Source: an uncultured Actinomycetes bacterium (lineage in GTDB: Bacteria > Actinomycetota > UBA4738 > HRBIN12). Taken from it: DNA of 64,000 bases. This document shows, in pieces, positions 9,489 through 20,375 of the stretch (positions within the stretch are counted from its first letter, which is position 1; every line of letters starts with the position of its first letter). The stretch is from NCBI GenBank assembly GCA_963704725.1, contig OY969934.1:1696001-1760000 (forward strand). The letters are read 5' to 3'. Below the pieces are notes generated by a model, which was not told the origin of the DNA, did not search any database, and saw only the letters and a list, made by a program, of their open reading frames with translations. A program made the position numbers and the translations under genes.

Positions 9489-10368
9489 GATCGGGTCCTC
9501 CTGAGGGTTCGGCGGAGCGGTGTCGGAGCGCGACGGCCATGAAGGCGCCGGCCAGTGCGAGCAGGCCGAGGCCGAGGACCGCATCGGGGACGGGGTCGAG
9601 GAACCTGACGACCCGGACGGACTCCGACGACAGCCAGCGGCCGATGGCGAGCTGGAACCCCGGCGCCACGGTCGTGTCGCCCCGGACGGCGATGAAGAGC
9701 ACGAAGAAGCCCATCGCGGCGAAGGCCGCGGCGACCGCGATGTTCACGGTGTTCGTGGCGACCCGGACCGGTCCGAGCCGGATCGCGACCGGCTTGGCCC
9801 GGAACAGGCGCCGCTCGCCGAGCTTGAGGCGGTCCCAGAACAGCGCCATGAGGAGCAGTGGGAAGACCATCCCGAACACGTAGGCCGCACCGAGCGTCGT
9901 CGCTCCGATCAGCGAGCCGGAGAGCGCCGACAGGGTCATGACCCCGGCGAGCACAGGAGCGCAGCACGACGAGGCCACGCCGGAGAAGACGCCGAGGGCG
10001 TAGACGCCGGCCGCGTCGGTCCGGCGGACGGAGGGCGCGCGGATGAAGGACGGGAGGCTCCAGGTGTGCCCGGAGAAGGCGAGCGCGGCGAGCGCGAGCA
10101 TCAGGATTCCGCCGCCGAGGAAGAAGCCGAGGTGGTACCGGGCGAGCGTCGTCGAGACGAACCCGATGCCGAGGGTCACGGGCAGCAGCACGGTCCCGAT
10201 CCCGAGGGCGAAGACGAACGTGAGCGGCAGCAGGCGCCACCGCCGCGCCTGGACCGCGGAGGCCAGGTACGCCGGAAAGAGGAACACGATGCAGCACGGG
10301 CTGAACAGCGCGATGCCGCCCGCGAAGAACGCGGCGAGGATCGATCCGGTCGTGAGCAGACCGCCCAT
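9361..10368 (-). CDS. ccdA: CcdA/DsbD-TM family electron transporter
   Basis: AFFAGGIALFSPCC and SSCCAPVL motifs; multiple TM helices; TGATG coupling to the upstream gene. Confidence 0.85.
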   Translation of the reverse strand: MGGLLTTGSILAAFFAGGIALFSPCCIVFLFPAYLASAVQARRWRLLPLTFVFALGIGTVLLPVTLGIGFVSTTLARYHLGFFLGGGILMLALAALAFSGHTWSLPSFIRAPSVRRTDAAGVYALGVFSGVASSCCAPVLAGVMTLSALSGSLIGATTLGAAYVFGMVFPLLLMALFWDRLKLGERRLFRAKPVAIRLGPVRVATNTVNIAVAAAFAAMGFFVLFIAVRGDTTVAPGFQLAIGRWLSSESVRVVRFLDPVPDAVLGLGLLALAGAFMAVALRHRSAEPSGGPDHDHQDEGEASPLGTPPSSEAHCHAPRAETGRHAEEAIPGGRA

Positions 10369-10628
10369 CAGATCCGCTCGACCGTTCGCTCGAGCACCTT
10401 CCGGAGCTTCTTCGCGGGAAGCCGTCCCGAGCTGAACGGGGTCCCGTCCACGAGCACGAGCGGCCACATCCCCGGCCGGTGCCGCTCCACGAGCTCGAGC
10501 CCGTCTTGCGATGCCGCATCGAGCTCCCGGACCCGCAGTGGGAACTCGGCCCCGAGCTCCGCCAGTCGGGCCCGAGCGTCGGCGCAGAAGTGGCATCCGA
10601 GCGCGGTCACGAGCACCACGTCGGTCAT
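10368..10628 (-). CDS. Glutaredoxin-like protein
   Basis: GCHFC CXXC motif, WPLVLVDG; ATGA-coupled to the upstream gene. Confidence 0.8.
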   Translation of the reverse strand: MTDVVLVTALGCHFCADARARLAELGAEFPLRVRELDAASQDGLELVERHRPGMWPLVLVDGTPFSSGRLPAKKLRKVLERTVERI

Positions 10629-10879
10629 CGGCGCGATCCGCGGACCCAGGCGTCGGGGGACGGTCGCCGGATGCGGTAGGGCATCCACAGCAGGAGCGGG
10701 AACCACAGCAGCAGGCCCGCGAGCAGGAACGACACGAGCGGTGCCCCCAGGACGATCGCGGCGAGGAGCCCGCTGCCGATCCCGCTCATGACGGCCACGG
10801 CGAGCACACGGGTCGAACGCCAGCCGCTTGGGCGGGCGCCGGCCCGGAGATCGTGCCGGATGGCTCGAAGCTCTCTCAT
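10625..10879 (-). CDS. Small two-TM hypothetical protein, first gene of the redox/two-component operon
   Basis: 84 aa with a hydrophobic core; stop overlaps the glutaredoxin ATG. Confidence 0.5.
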   Translation of the reverse strand: MRELRAIRHDLRAGARPSGWRSTRVLAVAVMSGIGSGLLAAIVLGAPLVSFLLAGLLLWFPLLLWMPYRIRRPSPDAWVRGSRR

Positions 10880-10903
10880 CGGTGACCAGCTTCGGTTCCG
10901 GCT

Positions 10904-10942
10904 GTGAAGGAGCGGTGAAGCGAGGGCGAAAGCCGGATGAGG
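10904..10942 (-). promoter_or_regulatory. CopR-type direct-repeat operator
   Basis: GTGAAG (10904), GTGAAG (10915), GCGAAA (10926) and ATGAGG (10937) at 11-nt period, the same geometry as the 6645/6656/6678 site. Confidence 0.55.
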
Positions 10943-10964
10943 AGGTCCGAGGGTGCCGGCCCGT

Positions 10965-10993
10965 TTGCTTAGGATACCCCCCTATGGTATGCT
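10965..10993 (+). promoter_or_regulatory. sigma70 promoter TTGCTT-N17-TATGCT with a CsoR operator in the spacer
   Basis: ATACCCCCCTATGGTAT (10974-10990): ATACC/GGTAT inverted repeat with the C-tract typical of CsoR operators, directly upstream of csoR. Confidence 0.8.
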
Positions 10994-11027
10994 GCTCGGG
11001 CAGGTGCCCACGAAAGGAGCGTCCGCC

Positions 11028-11303
11028 GTGGCCGGGTACAGCATGAACAAGAAGGACCTCCAGGATCGCCTGCGGCGGATCGAGGGGCAGATCCGGGGTC
11101 TCCAGCGGATGGTGGAGGCCGACCAGTACTGCATCGACATCCTGACCCAGGTGAACTCGGCAACGGCGGCACTCAAGTCGGTCGGCATGGGGCTCCTCGA
11201 CGACCACGTGCGCCACTGCGTGAAGGAGAGCATCGAGGCCGGCAGGAGCGACGAGAAGGTCGAGGAGCTGCTGGCCGCGGTGGCTCGGTTCGCGGGGAAG
11301 TGA
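11028..11303 (+). CDS. csoR: Copper-sensing repressor CsoR
   Basis: [28 protein letters not shown]; AAAGGAG RBS before GTG. Confidence 0.93.
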   Translation: MAGYSMNKKDLQDRLRRIEGQIRGLQRMVEADQYCIDILTQVNSATAALKSVGMGLLDDHVRHCVKESIEAGRSDEKVEELLAAVARFAGK

Positions 11304-13459
11304 CGGAGATGGCCGAGACCACGATCGGCGACGACGTCCGCGAGCTCCGGCTCGACGTTCTCGGTATGACCTGCGGCTCCTGCGCCGCGCGGGTCGAGAA
11401 GACCCTGAACAAACAGGCGGGCGTGGAGGCGTCCGTGAACTTCGCGACGGGGGAGGCGCTCGTCCGTCTCTCGAACGGTGCACCCACCTTCGACCTACTT
11501 CGCGAGGCGGTGCGGGCTCGCGGGTACGACGTGCGCGAGCATGTCGACGAGGCCGAGGAGGCCGCTCGACGTGACGAGCGGGCCTGGCTGCGGCGCCTGG
11601 TCATCGCCTGGCCCCTCGCCATCGTCACGATGGCCATCTCGATCCCCTTCATGGAGCAGACGTGGGCCCGGTGGACCGCGCTCGCGCTGGCCGCGCCGGT
11701 GCAGTTCTACGCGGGCTGGCCCTTCCTGAAGGGGGCGGCCATCCGCGCACGGAACTTCAGCGCCAACATGGACACGCTGATCGCGGTGGGCACGCTCGCC
11801 GCGTTCGCGTACTCGGTGTGGGCCCTGTTCGGCACCGAGGACCTGTACTTCGACACCTCGGCGGTGATCGTCGCCTTCATCGCGCTCGGCCGGTGGCTCG
11901 AAGCGCGGGCGAAGGGCCGGGCGTCGCAGGCCATCAAGCGGCTGCTCGAGATGGGGGCCAAGGAGGCTCGCGTCCTGCGCGACGACAAGGAGCTCCGGCT
12001 GCCGGTCGACGCCGTCAAGGTGGGGTGGCTCGTGAAAGTCCTTCCGGGCGAGAAGATCCCGGTGGACGGCCGCGTCGTCGACGGGGCCTCGGCGGTGGAC
12101 GAGTCGATGCTCACCGGCGAGTCGGTGCCGGTCGAGAAGACCACCGGCGACGACGTGGCCGGGGCGACCGTCAACCTCGACGGCGTGATGGTGATCGAGG
12201 CGACGCGCGTCGGGCAGGACACGGCGCTCGCGCAGATCGCCCGGCTCGTCGCCGAGGCGCAGGGCTCGAAGGCGCCGATCCAGCGCCTGGCCGACCAGGT
12301 GGCGGGGATCTTCGTCCCCGTCGTCATCGCGATCGCCGCGGTCACCGCGGTGGGGTGGTACCTGGTGGACGGGACCGTGCGCGACGCGCTCGTGCCCGCC
12401 GTCGCCGTCCTCATCATCGCGTGCCCCTGCGCGCTCGGGCTGGCCACGCCGGCCGCGCTGATGGTCGGCACGGGGCGGGGAGCTCAGCTCGGAGTCCTGA
12501 TCCGGGGCGCCGAGGTCCTCGAGCGCTCGCGCAAGGTGGACACGATCGTCTTCGACAAGACCGGGACGCTCACCGAGGGCCGGATGCGGCTGGTCGAGAC
12601 GGCCGGCTGCGTCGAGACCCTGGAGCGTGCGGCCGCCGTCGAGGCCGGGAGCGAGCACCCCATCGCCCGCGCGGTCGTCGAGGGCGCCGCCCGGCGCGGG
12701 GTCGTCGTTCCGGCCGCAGAGGGTTTCCGCTCGATCGCGGGTCGCGGTGCCCGGGCGACCGTGGACGGGCACGAGGTTCTGGTGGGGCGACGTTCGCTGC
12801 TCGAGTCCGAGGGACTGCACGTCCCGCCGTCGATCGAGCGCTACGCCGGAGGGTTCGAGGCCCAGGGTCACACGGTGTTCTGGGTCGGGTGGGGCGGCGA
12901 GGCGGCCGGGGTCGTCGCGGTCGCCGACACCCTGAAGGAGGGCGCGAACGAGGCGGTCACCCGGTTGCACGGGCTCGGCGTCCGCGTCGCGATGATCACC
13001 GGCGACAACCGCACCACCGCCGAGGCGATCGCGTCGCAGGTGGGCATCGATCGGGTCCTGGCCGAGGTGCACCCCGAGGACAAGGTCGAGGAGATCCGCC
13101 GGCTCCAGGGCGAGGGGCACGTCGTCGCCATGGTCGGCGACGGGATCAACGACGGGCCCGCGCTCGCTCAGGCCGACCTGGGCATCGCCATCGGTACCGG
13201 CACGGACGTCGCGATCGAGGCGAGCGACATCACGCTCATCTCCGGGGACCTGGACGGCGTCGTGCGCGCCGTCGAGCTCTCGCGGACGACGTTCCGGACG
13301 ATCCAACAGAACCTGGCCTGGGCGTTCGGCTACAACGTGGCCGCGATCCCGCTCGCCGCGTTCGGGCTGTTGAACCCCATCATCGCCGGGGCGGCGATGG
13401 CGGCCTCGTCGGTGTCCGTGCTGACGAACTCGTTGCGGTTGCGGCGGTTCGGGAGATGA
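11300..13459 (+). CDS. copA: Cu(I)-exporting P1B-1 ATPase
   Basis: GMTCGSC metal-binding domain, TGES, CPC, DKTGT, HP, GDGIND, YN and MAASS TM ligands. Confidence 0.95.
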   Translation: MTEMAETTIGDDVRELRLDVLGMTCGSCAARVEKTLNKQAGVEASVNFATGEALVRLSNGAPTFDLLREAVRARGYDVREHVDEAEEAARRDERAWLRRLVIAWPLAIVTMAISIPFMEQTWARWTALALAAPVQFYAGWPFLKGAAIRARNFSANMDTLIAVGTLAAFAYSVWALFGTEDLYFDTSAVIVAFIALGRWLEARAKGRASQAIKRLLEMGAKEARVLRDDKELRLPVDAVKVGWLVKVLPGEKIPVDGRVVDGASAVDESMLTGESVPVEKTTGDDVAGATVNLDGVMVIEATRVGQDTALAQIARLVAEAQGSKAPIQRLADQVAGIFVPVVIAIAAVTAVGWYLVDGTVRDALVPAVAVLIIACPCALGLATPAALMVGTGRGAQLGVLIRGAEVLERSRKVDTIVFDKTGTLTEGRMRLVETAGCVETLERAAAVEAGSEHPIARAVVEGAARRGVVVPAAEGFRSIAGRGARATVDGHEVLVGRRSLLESEGLHVPPSIERYAGGFEAQGHTVFWVGWGGEAAGVVAVADTLKEGANEAVTRLHGLGVRVAMITGDNRTTAEAIASQVGIDRVLAEVHPEDKVEEIRRLQGEGHVVAMVGDGINDGPALAQADLGIAIGTGTDVAIEASDITLISGDLDGVVRAVELSRTTFRTIQQNLAWAFGYNVAAIPLAAFGLLNPIIAGAAMAASSVSVLTNSLRLRRFGR

Positions 13460-15876
13460 GGCACCCCACGGATCACCACGGGCCGGCGACGGTGGTTCTC
13501 CACGTCGGCGGGCTCAACTGGGCCTCCCAGAAGGGCGTGGCAGAGACCGTCCTCAGGCGCCGGCCCGGCGTGACCTCCGTCGACGCGAACCCCGTGGCTC
13601 AGACCGCCACCGTCACCTTCGACCCGGCACGAACGTCCGTGGCGGACCTTCAACGGTGGTTGCGGGAGTGCGGGCTCCAGTGCGCCGGGCAGTCGGTCCC
13701 CACGCACCTCTGCGACCCCATGGCGGAGCCGGTCACCGGAGACGAGAGCCGCGAGACCGCGATGGAGCACGGAGGCCACGAGATGGCGACGGATGCCGGC
13801 CTTCGCTCGCCGCACGAGACGACGGGGCACGGCGGGGACGCGGGGATGTCGATGGAGCAGATGGTCCGTGACATGCGGAACCGGTTCGTGGTCGCGGCCG
13901 TGCTGTCGGTCCCGATCCTGCTGTGGTCGCCGATCGGGCGGGACGTCATCGGCTTCCACGCCGCAGCGCCCCTCGGCCTCTCGGATGCGTGGTTCCAGCT
14001 CCTGCTGAGCCTGCCGGTCGTCTTCTATTCGGGGTGGATCTTCTTCGACGGCGCGTACCAGGCCCTGCGACACGGAACGCTCGACATGATGGTGCTGGTC
14101 GCGGTGGCGATCGGGGCGGGGTGGTCGTACTCGGTGGTCGCGACGATCGCCGGAGGCGAGGAGGTGTTCTTCGAGGCCGCCGCGGTGCTGGCCGCGTTCG
14201 TGCTCCTGGGGCACTGGTTCGAGATGCGGGCCCGCGGCGGTGCGAACGACGCGATCCGCACGCTGCTCGATCTCGCGCCGGCGATGGCGGTGGTGCTCCG
14301 TGAGGGCGAGCCCGTCGAGATCCCGACGGCCGAGGTGGTCGTGGGTGATCTCCTCCTGGTCCGGCCGGGGAGCAAGATCGCGGTCGACGGGGTCGTCGAG
14401 GAAGGGGAGACCGACGTCGACGAGTCCATGGTCACCGGCGAGAGCTTGCCGGTTCACAAGACATCCGGATCCGGGGTCATCGGCGCGACGATCAACCGGA
14501 ACGGAACGATGCGCGTGCGCGCCACGAAGATCGGGGCCGACACGGCCCTGGCCCAGATCGTGAAGCTCGTCCAGGAGGCCCAGAACTCCAAGGCGCCCGG
14601 ACAGCGGCTCGCCGACCGGGCGGCCTTCTGGCTCGTCCTGGTCGCGCTGATCGGCGGCACCGGGACCCTCCTGGCATGGCTCGCCGCCGGCCGCCCGCTG
14701 GACGAGGCCATCCTGTTCGCCATCACCGTGGTCGTCATCACGTGTCCGGACGCGCTCGGCCTGGCCACTCCCACGGCGATCATGGTCGGCACCGGTCTCG
14801 GCGCCGCCCGGGGCATCCTGTTCAAGAACGCGGTGGCGCTGGAGGAGAGCGCCCGGATCCAGGTCGTCGTCGTGGACAAGACCGGGACCCTGACCAAGGG
14901 GGAGCCGGAGGTCACGGACGTGATCGCCGAAGGCCTCCCGGACGATGACCTCCTCCGCCTCGTGGCCGCGGTCGAGCGGGAGTCCGAGCACCCGCTGGCC
15001 GAGGCGATCGTTCGCCACGCCGACGCCCTGGGGCTCCGGGCCGCCGGGGCCGAGGCGTTCGAGAACGTTCCCGGCCACGGCGCGTTTGCCACCGTCGAAG
15101 GGCGGCGCGTCGCCGTCGGGAACCGCAGGCTCATGGAGCGCGAGGGGATCGCCCTGGGGGCGCTGGAGGACCGCCGCCGGCAGCTCGCGGCGAACGGCAA
15201 GACCGCGGTGATCGCGGCGGTGGACGGCCGCGCGTGCGCGGTCATCGGCGTCGCCGACGCGGTCCGGCCGTCGTCCCGCGCCGCGGTGTCGGCGCTCGCC
15301 GAGACCGGGGTGGAGGTCGTCATGCTGACCGGTGACAACGAGGCCACGGCCGCGCGGATCGCCCGAGAGCTCGGCATCGGCTCGGTCATCGCCGAGGTGC
15401 TCCCCGGCGACAAGGCGGCCAGGATCGCCGAGCTCCAGCGCGGCGGGCGCCGGGTGGCCATGGTCGGCGACGGCGTGAACGACGCGCCGGCGCTCGCGCA
15501 GGCCGACCTCGGCATCGCCATCGGCGCCGGGACGGACGTCGCGATCGAGACGGCGGACGTGGTCCTGATGCGCTCCGACCCGCTCGACGTGGCGACGGCG
15601 CTGCGGATCGGGCGAGGGACGCTCCGGAAGATGCGGCAGAACCTGGGCTGGGCCGTGGGCTACAACGCCATCGCCCTGCCCATCGCGGCGGGGGTCTTCG
15701 AGCCCGCCTTCGGGCTCACGCTGCGCCCGGAGATCGCCGCCCTCTCGATGTCGGGCTCGAGCCTGATCGTGGCCGTGAACGCGCTCGCGCTGCGGAGACT
15801 CCGACTGCCCCGCGCGGTGGGTGATGGGGGCGAGACGGCCCCGGCGACGGTGGAGCTCGTGGAGCGGGCGGCGTGA
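13456..15876 (+). CDS. Second heavy-metal P1B ATPase (CopB-like; CPD motif; degenerate HMA domain)
   Basis: ATGA-coupled start at 13456. HMA-like N-terminus with GLNWASQ in place of GMxCxxC, His/Met linker, [29 protein letters not shown]. Confidence 0.92.
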   Translation: MRHPTDHHGPATVVLHVGGLNWASQKGVAETVLRRRPGVTSVDANPVAQTATVTFDPARTSVADLQRWLRECGLQCAGQSVPTHLCDPMAEPVTGDESRETAMEHGGHEMATDAGLRSPHETTGHGGDAGMSMEQMVRDMRNRFVVAAVLSVPILLWSPIGRDVIGFHAAAPLGLSDAWFQLLLSLPVVFYSGWIFFDGAYQALRHGTLDMMVLVAVAIGAGWSYSVVATIAGGEEVFFEAAAVLAAFVLLGHWFEMRARGGANDAIRTLLDLAPAMAVVLREGEPVEIPTAEVVVGDLLLVRPGSKIAVDGVVEEGETDVDESMVTGESLPVHKTSGSGVIGATINRNGTMRVRATKIGADTALAQIVKLVQEAQNSKAPGQRLADRAAFWLVLVALIGGTGTLLAWLAAGRPLDEAILFAITVVVITCPDALGLATPTAIMVGTGLGAARGILFKNAVALEESARIQVVVVDKTGTLTKGEPEVTDVIAEGLPDDDLLRLVAAVERESEHPLAEAIVRHADALGLRAAGAEAFENVPGHGAFATVEGRRVAVGNRRLMEREGIALGALEDRRRQLAANGKTAVIAAVDGRACAVIGVADAVRPSSRAAVSALAETGVEVVMLTGDNEATAARIARELGIGSVIAEVLPGDKAARIAELQRGGRRVAMVGDGVNDAPALAQADLGIAIGAGTDVAIETADVVLMRSDPLDVATALRIGRGTLRKMRQNLGWAVGYNAIALPIAAGVFEPAFGLTLRPEIAALSMSGSSLIVAVNALALRRLRLPRAVGDGGETAPATVELVERAA

Positions 15877-15947
15877 GCGCCGAGGAATCCCGAGCGCTCC
15901 CTCGGGTGTTGGCAAGGGGGGGAACGTGGCGAACGTGAGTACTCTGA

Positions 15948-16778
15948 GTGGAGGAACGGATGAACCGAGCAGATGAGATGACCGAGATGCGAGTGCCCGA
16001 ACCCGTCGTGATCGAGGCGACCGATCAGAACTTCATGGACACGGTCGTCGAGGAGTCCAAGCGCCGACCCGTCGTGGTCGACCTGTGGGCGACCTGGTGC
16101 GGTCCGTGCCGCACCCTCGGGCCGATGCTGGAGAAGGTGGCCGGCGAGCGCGGCGGGGACTTCCTCCTGGCCAAGCTCGACGTCGATGCCAACCCCTACA
16201 CGGCCGGACAGTTCGGGGTGCAGAGCATCCCGACCGTCGTCGGCTTCAAGGACGGGCGGCCGGTGGACGGGTTCGTCGGCGCGATCCCGGAGGCCATGAT
16301 CAACGAGTTCGTCGACCGCCTCCTGCCCACGGTGGCGGATCTCGGCGCGCAGCAGGGACTGGAGCGCGAGCTGGACGGGGACCTGCCCGACGCCGAGAAG
16401 ACCTACCGGGACGCGCTCGAGACCGACGCCGGCAACCGGGAGGCGAGGCTCGGCCTCGGCCGCGTCCTGGCGGAGACCGGTCGGGAGGACGAGGCGCGGG
16501 AGACCCTGATGCCCCTGCTGCCCGACCCCGACGCCGAGCGCGTGCTGGCCGAGCTCGAGGTCCGCTCCTGGGCGGAGCTCTCGGAGCCCGGGACGCTCGC
16601 CAGCGCCAAACGGCTCGCCGCACAGGGCCGGTTCCGCGAGGCGCTCGACGGCATGCTCGGGTCGCTCTCGGACGACCCGGACGCGCGCCCGGCCGTGCTC
16701 GACGTGTTCGCGATCCTTGGGGACGAGGACCCCCTCGTGACCGAGTACCGGCGCAAGCTGGCGAACGCGCTGTTCTGA
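15948..16778 (+). CDS. Thioredoxin-TPR chaperedoxin (CnoX/YbbN-like)
   Basis: WATWCGPC, GVQSIPTV, TPR-like helices, C-terminal YRRKLANALF. Exact start uncertain. Confidence 0.88.
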   Translation: MEERMNRADEMTEMRVPEPVVIEATDQNFMDTVVEESKRRPVVVDLWATWCGPCRTLGPMLEKVAGERGGDFLLAKLDVDANPYTAGQFGVQSIPTVVGFKDGRPVDGFVGAIPEAMINEFVDRLLPTVADLGAQQGLERELDGDLPDAEKTYRDALETDAGNREARLGLGRVLAETGREDEARETLMPLLPDPDAERVLAELEVRSWAELSEPGTLASAKRLAAQGRFREALDGMLGSLSDDPDARPAVLDVFAILGDEDPLVTEYRRKLANALF

Positions 16779-16833
16779 TGGCGGGGAGCTCATGCAGCGG
16801 GACGGCGGGCGAGCGTAGCCTCCACGGAGCCTG

Positions 16834-17571
16834 ATGGACGTCCACGACCTGATCCGCGAGTTCTGGGACGCCGACTCGCACACGTACGACGCCACCAAGT
16901 CGCACGCCATCTCGGACCCGCTCGAGGCCGCCGCGTGGCGCCGGGCGCTCCGCGAGGCGTTGCCGGATCCGGACGCGGAGGTCCTCGACGTGGGCGCCGG
17001 CACGGGGGCGCTCGCGCTGCTCGCCGCGGAGCTCGGATACGAGGTCACGGCGCTGGACCTGTCCTCGGGCATGCTCGGCCGGGCCGAGGCCAAGGCTCGG
17101 GAGCGCGGTCTCGGCGACCGCATGCGGTTCGTCGTGGGCTCGGCCACCGAGCCGCCGGCCGGGCCGTTCGACGCGGTGATGGAGCGGCACCTGCTGTGGA
17201 CGCTCCCGGACCCCGTCGACGCCCTGCGGGCGTGGCGGAAGGTCGCGAGACGCCTCGTGCTGTTCGAGGGCGTGTGGGGGCACGCGGATCTGTCGCAGCG
17301 GGTCAAGGACCTCGCCGCGGTGACGCTTCGCAGGGTCATCGGCACGCCGCCCGACCACCACGCCCCGTACCCGGAGGACGTACTCGCCGAGCTCCCGCTG
17401 GCGCGGGGGTCCTCGCCCGTCCCGATGATCGACGCCGTCGTCGAGGCGGGATGGACGGGGGTGCGGATCAAGCGGCTCCGCGACGTCGAGTGGGCGGCCA
17501 GGCTTCACGAGGGGTGGCCGTTCGGATGGCTCGAGCATCGGCCGCGCTACGTGATCGCGGCGGACGCCTAG
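16834..17571 (+). CDS. Class I SAM-dependent methyltransferase
   Basis: VLDVGAGTG, LDLSSGML, FDAVMERHLLWTLPDP. Confidence 0.88.
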   Translation: MDVHDLIREFWDADSHTYDATKSHAISDPLEAAAWRRALREALPDPDAEVLDVGAGTGALALLAAELGYEVTALDLSSGMLGRAEAKARERGLGDRMRFVVGSATEPPAGPFDAVMERHLLWTLPDPVDALRAWRKVARRLVLFEGVWGHADLSQRVKDLAAVTLRRVIGTPPDHHAPYPEDVLAELPLARGSSPVPMIDAVVEAGWTGVRIKRLRDVEWAARLHEGWPFGWLEHRPRYVIAADA

Positions 17572-19515
17572 TCAGCGCGCCGGCACCGCGATCGTGACGT
17601 GCACCGGTAGGTGATCGGACGCCTGCACCGTCCCGATCCGAAAGCCCAGGATCTCGATGTCCGGCGTGACGAAGAGCCACGAGACACGGTCGCAGGTGGA
17701 GGTCGGTTCCGCGGAGGTCGTGCGGCATGGATCGCCGGTCGCGTCCTCGGCGTCGACCAGGCCGGCGCTCGTGAAGCGCAGGACGTCCGCCGTGTCGGTG
17801 GGCTGCATGTTGAGGTCGCCGGCGATGATCGCCGGCTCGAACCCGTCCCATGCGTCCAACAGGGCCTCGATCTGCTCGGGCCGGTCTCCCTCCAGGTGGG
17901 CGTCGACCACGAGGAGCGTGCCCGCGGATCCGAGATCGAGCCGGACGGCAAGGTAGCTCCGACGCTGCTTCCCAGGCACGTCGGGGAGAGGCCCTGCGGA
18001 GACGAGGGTCATCGGCAGTCGCGACAGGATGACGTTGCCGAACTGTCCGTCGGCGGCTGGCTCGTACCGGTACGGCATGTCGAGTCGCTGCTGGATGCGC
18101 GCCAGGACGTCGCCGCCGCCGAAGATCGGCCATCCTCGGGCGACCTCCTGCAGGACGACCACGTCGGGGTTCGACGAGGCGATCGCCCGAGCCACGTCGT
18201 CGGGGTCGAGCTGTCCCCGGACGTTCACGGAGCCCCGGATGTTGTACTGGACCACGCGAACCTCTCGACGCTGCAACGCGGCCGGGTCGGCGGAAGGCCG
18301 GTCCACCCACAGCCAGCCACCGAGCACGATCGCCGCGGCGGCGACGATGGCCGCCGCGGCGAGGGCGAAGCGAGGGTCGGCGCCCGTGACGATCGCGTTC
18401 CCGGATGCCCACCGGCGCACGAGGGCGACGAGCAGGGCGAGCGCCGCGACCGCGGGAAGGATCTCGCGGGGGAACGGGAGCGGGGTGTCGATGTCGAGCT
18501 GCCACAGCAGCACCAACAGGACGAACGACATGCTGGCGCCCCACACACCGAGCATCGCTCGCCGAGTCCCGCCTCCGGTCGTTGCGATCGACTCCGCAAT
18601 GACCACCGTGACGAGAGGCTGGAGCACCACCACGACCGCGATCGCCGGCGCCCCGCTCGAGGCGGTGAGGAACCAGGCGAGCGGTACGCCCAGGGCCGCG
18701 ACGAACGCGAGGAGGGATCGGGGGATCGTGCCGCGAGACAGAAGCGTGAGGGCCGCGAGGGCGAGGGCATCCGCCCCGAGCACGACGAACGTGGCCGCCG
18801 CGAAGCCCACCCGCCCCTGCGATGCCACGTAGCCGAGGTTCTGCAGGAACAGCAGCTGCAGCATCAGGTACGGGCCGAGCGTGACGGGGGCGAGGCCCCC
18901 CGTCTCGTGGACGCCGGCCGGTGCGCGCCGGATCCATCGGAGCAGCACGACCGTGGCGACGGCGACGAGAAGGAGGCTGAGCGTCATCGCTCCCGGGCCC
19001 CCCTGCCACGCGAGATCCCAGGAGCGGTACGGCGCTCGCAGGGCGGAGTCGAGTGCGAGCCCCGCCACGACGCCGGTCGCCAGCGCGCGCGGCCTCTCAC
19101 GAAGGGCGCCGACACACAGCGCCGCCCCGACCAGCGTCACGGCGGTCCCCGCCATCGCCAGCCACGTGGGGATCGGATGCACGAGCTGCACCGCCAGCCG
19201 GGCCATCACGATGGCGCCCGCGCCGGCCACGACCCGGCCCCGGAGATCGAGTCGCACGAGCGCCAGCGCCATCACCGGCGCGGCATAGACGCCGATCGCG
19301 ATCCCGCCGGCGAGGAGGAAGCTCCGATCCTCGCCCAGCAGGTACATGAGCGGGAACATCGTCCTCGCAACCTGCGCCGCGGCGGCGACTAGGATGGCGA
19401 TCAGGACGATCGCCACTCGATCGGTACCCCCTCGCTCCTCTCCGGACGCCGAGCCCGTCGAACGGTGGCGAGGGAGGTCCTGGGTGCCGCGGAGCCGAGA
19501 GCGAACCCGCATCAT
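17572..19515 (-). CDS. Polytopic membrane protein with a C-terminal endonuclease/exonuclease/phosphatase (EEP) domain
   Basis: Many TM helices, then QYNI, PDVVVLQEV, GNVILSR, AGDLN, SDHLPV. Start uncertain. Confidence 0.85.
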   Translation of the reverse strand: MMRVRSRLRGTQDLPRHRSTGSASGEERGGTDRVAIVLIAILVAAAAQVARTMFPLMYLLGEDRSFLLAGGIAIGVYAAPVMALALVRLDLRGRVVAGAGAIVMARLAVQLVHPIPTWLAMAGTAVTLVGAALCVGALRERPRALATGVVAGLALDSALRAPYRSWDLAWQGGPGAMTLSLLLVAVATVVLLRWIRRAPAGVHETGGLAPVTLGPYLMLQLLFLQNLGYVASQGRVGFAAATFVVLGADALALAALTLLSRGTIPRSLLAFVAALGVPLAWFLTASSGAPAIAVVVVLQPLVTVVIAESIATTGGGTRRAMLGVWGASMSFVLLVLLWQLDIDTPLPFPREILPAVAALALLVALVRRWASGNAIVTGADPRFALAAAAIVAAAAIVLGGWLWVDRPSADPAALQRREVRVVQYNIRGSVNVRGQLDPDDVARAIASSNPDVVVLQEVARGWPIFGGGDVLARIQQRLDMPYRYEPAADGQFGNVILSRLPMTLVSAGPLPDVPGKQRRSYLAVRLDLGSAGTLLVVDAHLEGDRPEQIEALLDAWDGFEPAIIAGDLNMQPTDTADVLRFTSAGLVDAEDATGDPCRTTSAEPTSTCDRVSWLFVTPDIEILGFRIGTVQASDHLPVHVTIAVPAR

Positions 19516-19601
19516 GGCCCCCTTCGCCGGCGACGGCATCCGCGTCCGAGGGCCCCGGTCAAAGGACGAAGGGCCCCTACGGACCCGGCCCCGGTGGCGC
19601 A

Positions 19602-20375
19602 CTACCGGCGAGCCGTCCAGAAGACGTCGGTGCGGTACGGCATCACGATGGAGGCCGCGCCCGACAGGTCGGGATCCTTGTCGAGGAGCTCGTTCACCTC
19701 GACCACCACGCGCTCTCGCTCGTCCTCGGGGGCGCTCGCCACGTAGCTGACCGAGAGCACGCGATCCAGGAACGTGTCCCGGTCGACCTCGTGCACGTGA
19801 TACGCCACCTGATGGTGCAGAGGGCCGAAGAGCTCGGTGCGTTCGAAGGCCGCGCGCCAGCGCAGGTCGCGGTATCGGGGACCGTCCCCTGCGAGCCGGT
19901 CGAAGATGGCGGTGATCCGCTCGGACCAGTCGGTGGCCTCGTCCCGGACGTTCCAGATGAGCCCCAGCCGGCCGCCGGGCCGCAACACGCGGTGAGCCTC
20001 GGCCAGGGCGCGATCGCCGTCGAACCAGTGGAACGCCTGAGCGGCGACCACCGCGTCCGCCGTGGCGTCGGGGACCGGCACGTCCTCGGCCGTGCCGTCC
20101 AGGATGGTGACGGCGGGGCAGTTCCCGGCCAGCGCCTCGCGCATGGCGGCGACCGGCTCGACCGCGGTGATCCGAGCCCCCGACGGCTCGAGGAGCCGTG
20201 TGAACTTGCCCGTCCCGGCGCCGAGCTCGAGGACGTCGCGCCCCGGTGCCAGGCCCAGCTCCCGGACGAGGTATTCCACGGCGTCGTCCGGATAGCTCGG
20301 CCGGGCCCGCTCGTACGGCTCGACGGCGGCCTCGAACCCCCGCGCAGCGGCCTCGTGGATGCGATCCGGCGTCAC
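19602..20375 (-). CDS. Class I SAM-dependent methyltransferase
   Basis: YERARPSYP, VLELGAGTGKFT, AQAFHWFD; GTGA-coupled to the aminotransferase. Confidence 0.9.
   Translation of the reverse strand: MTPDRIHEAAARGFEAAVEPYERARPSYPDDAVEYLVRELGLAPGRDVLELGAGTGKFTRLLEPSGARITAVEPVAAMREALAGNCPAVTILDGTAEDVPVPDATADAVVAAQAFHWFDGDRALAEAHRVLRPGGRLGLIWNVRDEATDWSERITAIFDRLAGDGPRYRDLRWRAAFERTELFGPLHHQVAYHVHEVDRDTFLDRVLSVSYVASAPEDERERVVVEVNELLDKDPDLSGAASIVMPYRTDVFWTARR

Noticed and set aside
11662-15876. 1404-aa ORF suggesting a giant ATPase fusion
   Set aside because: The first ~600 aa are an off-frame shadow of copA; the real start is the ATGA-coupled ATG at 13456.
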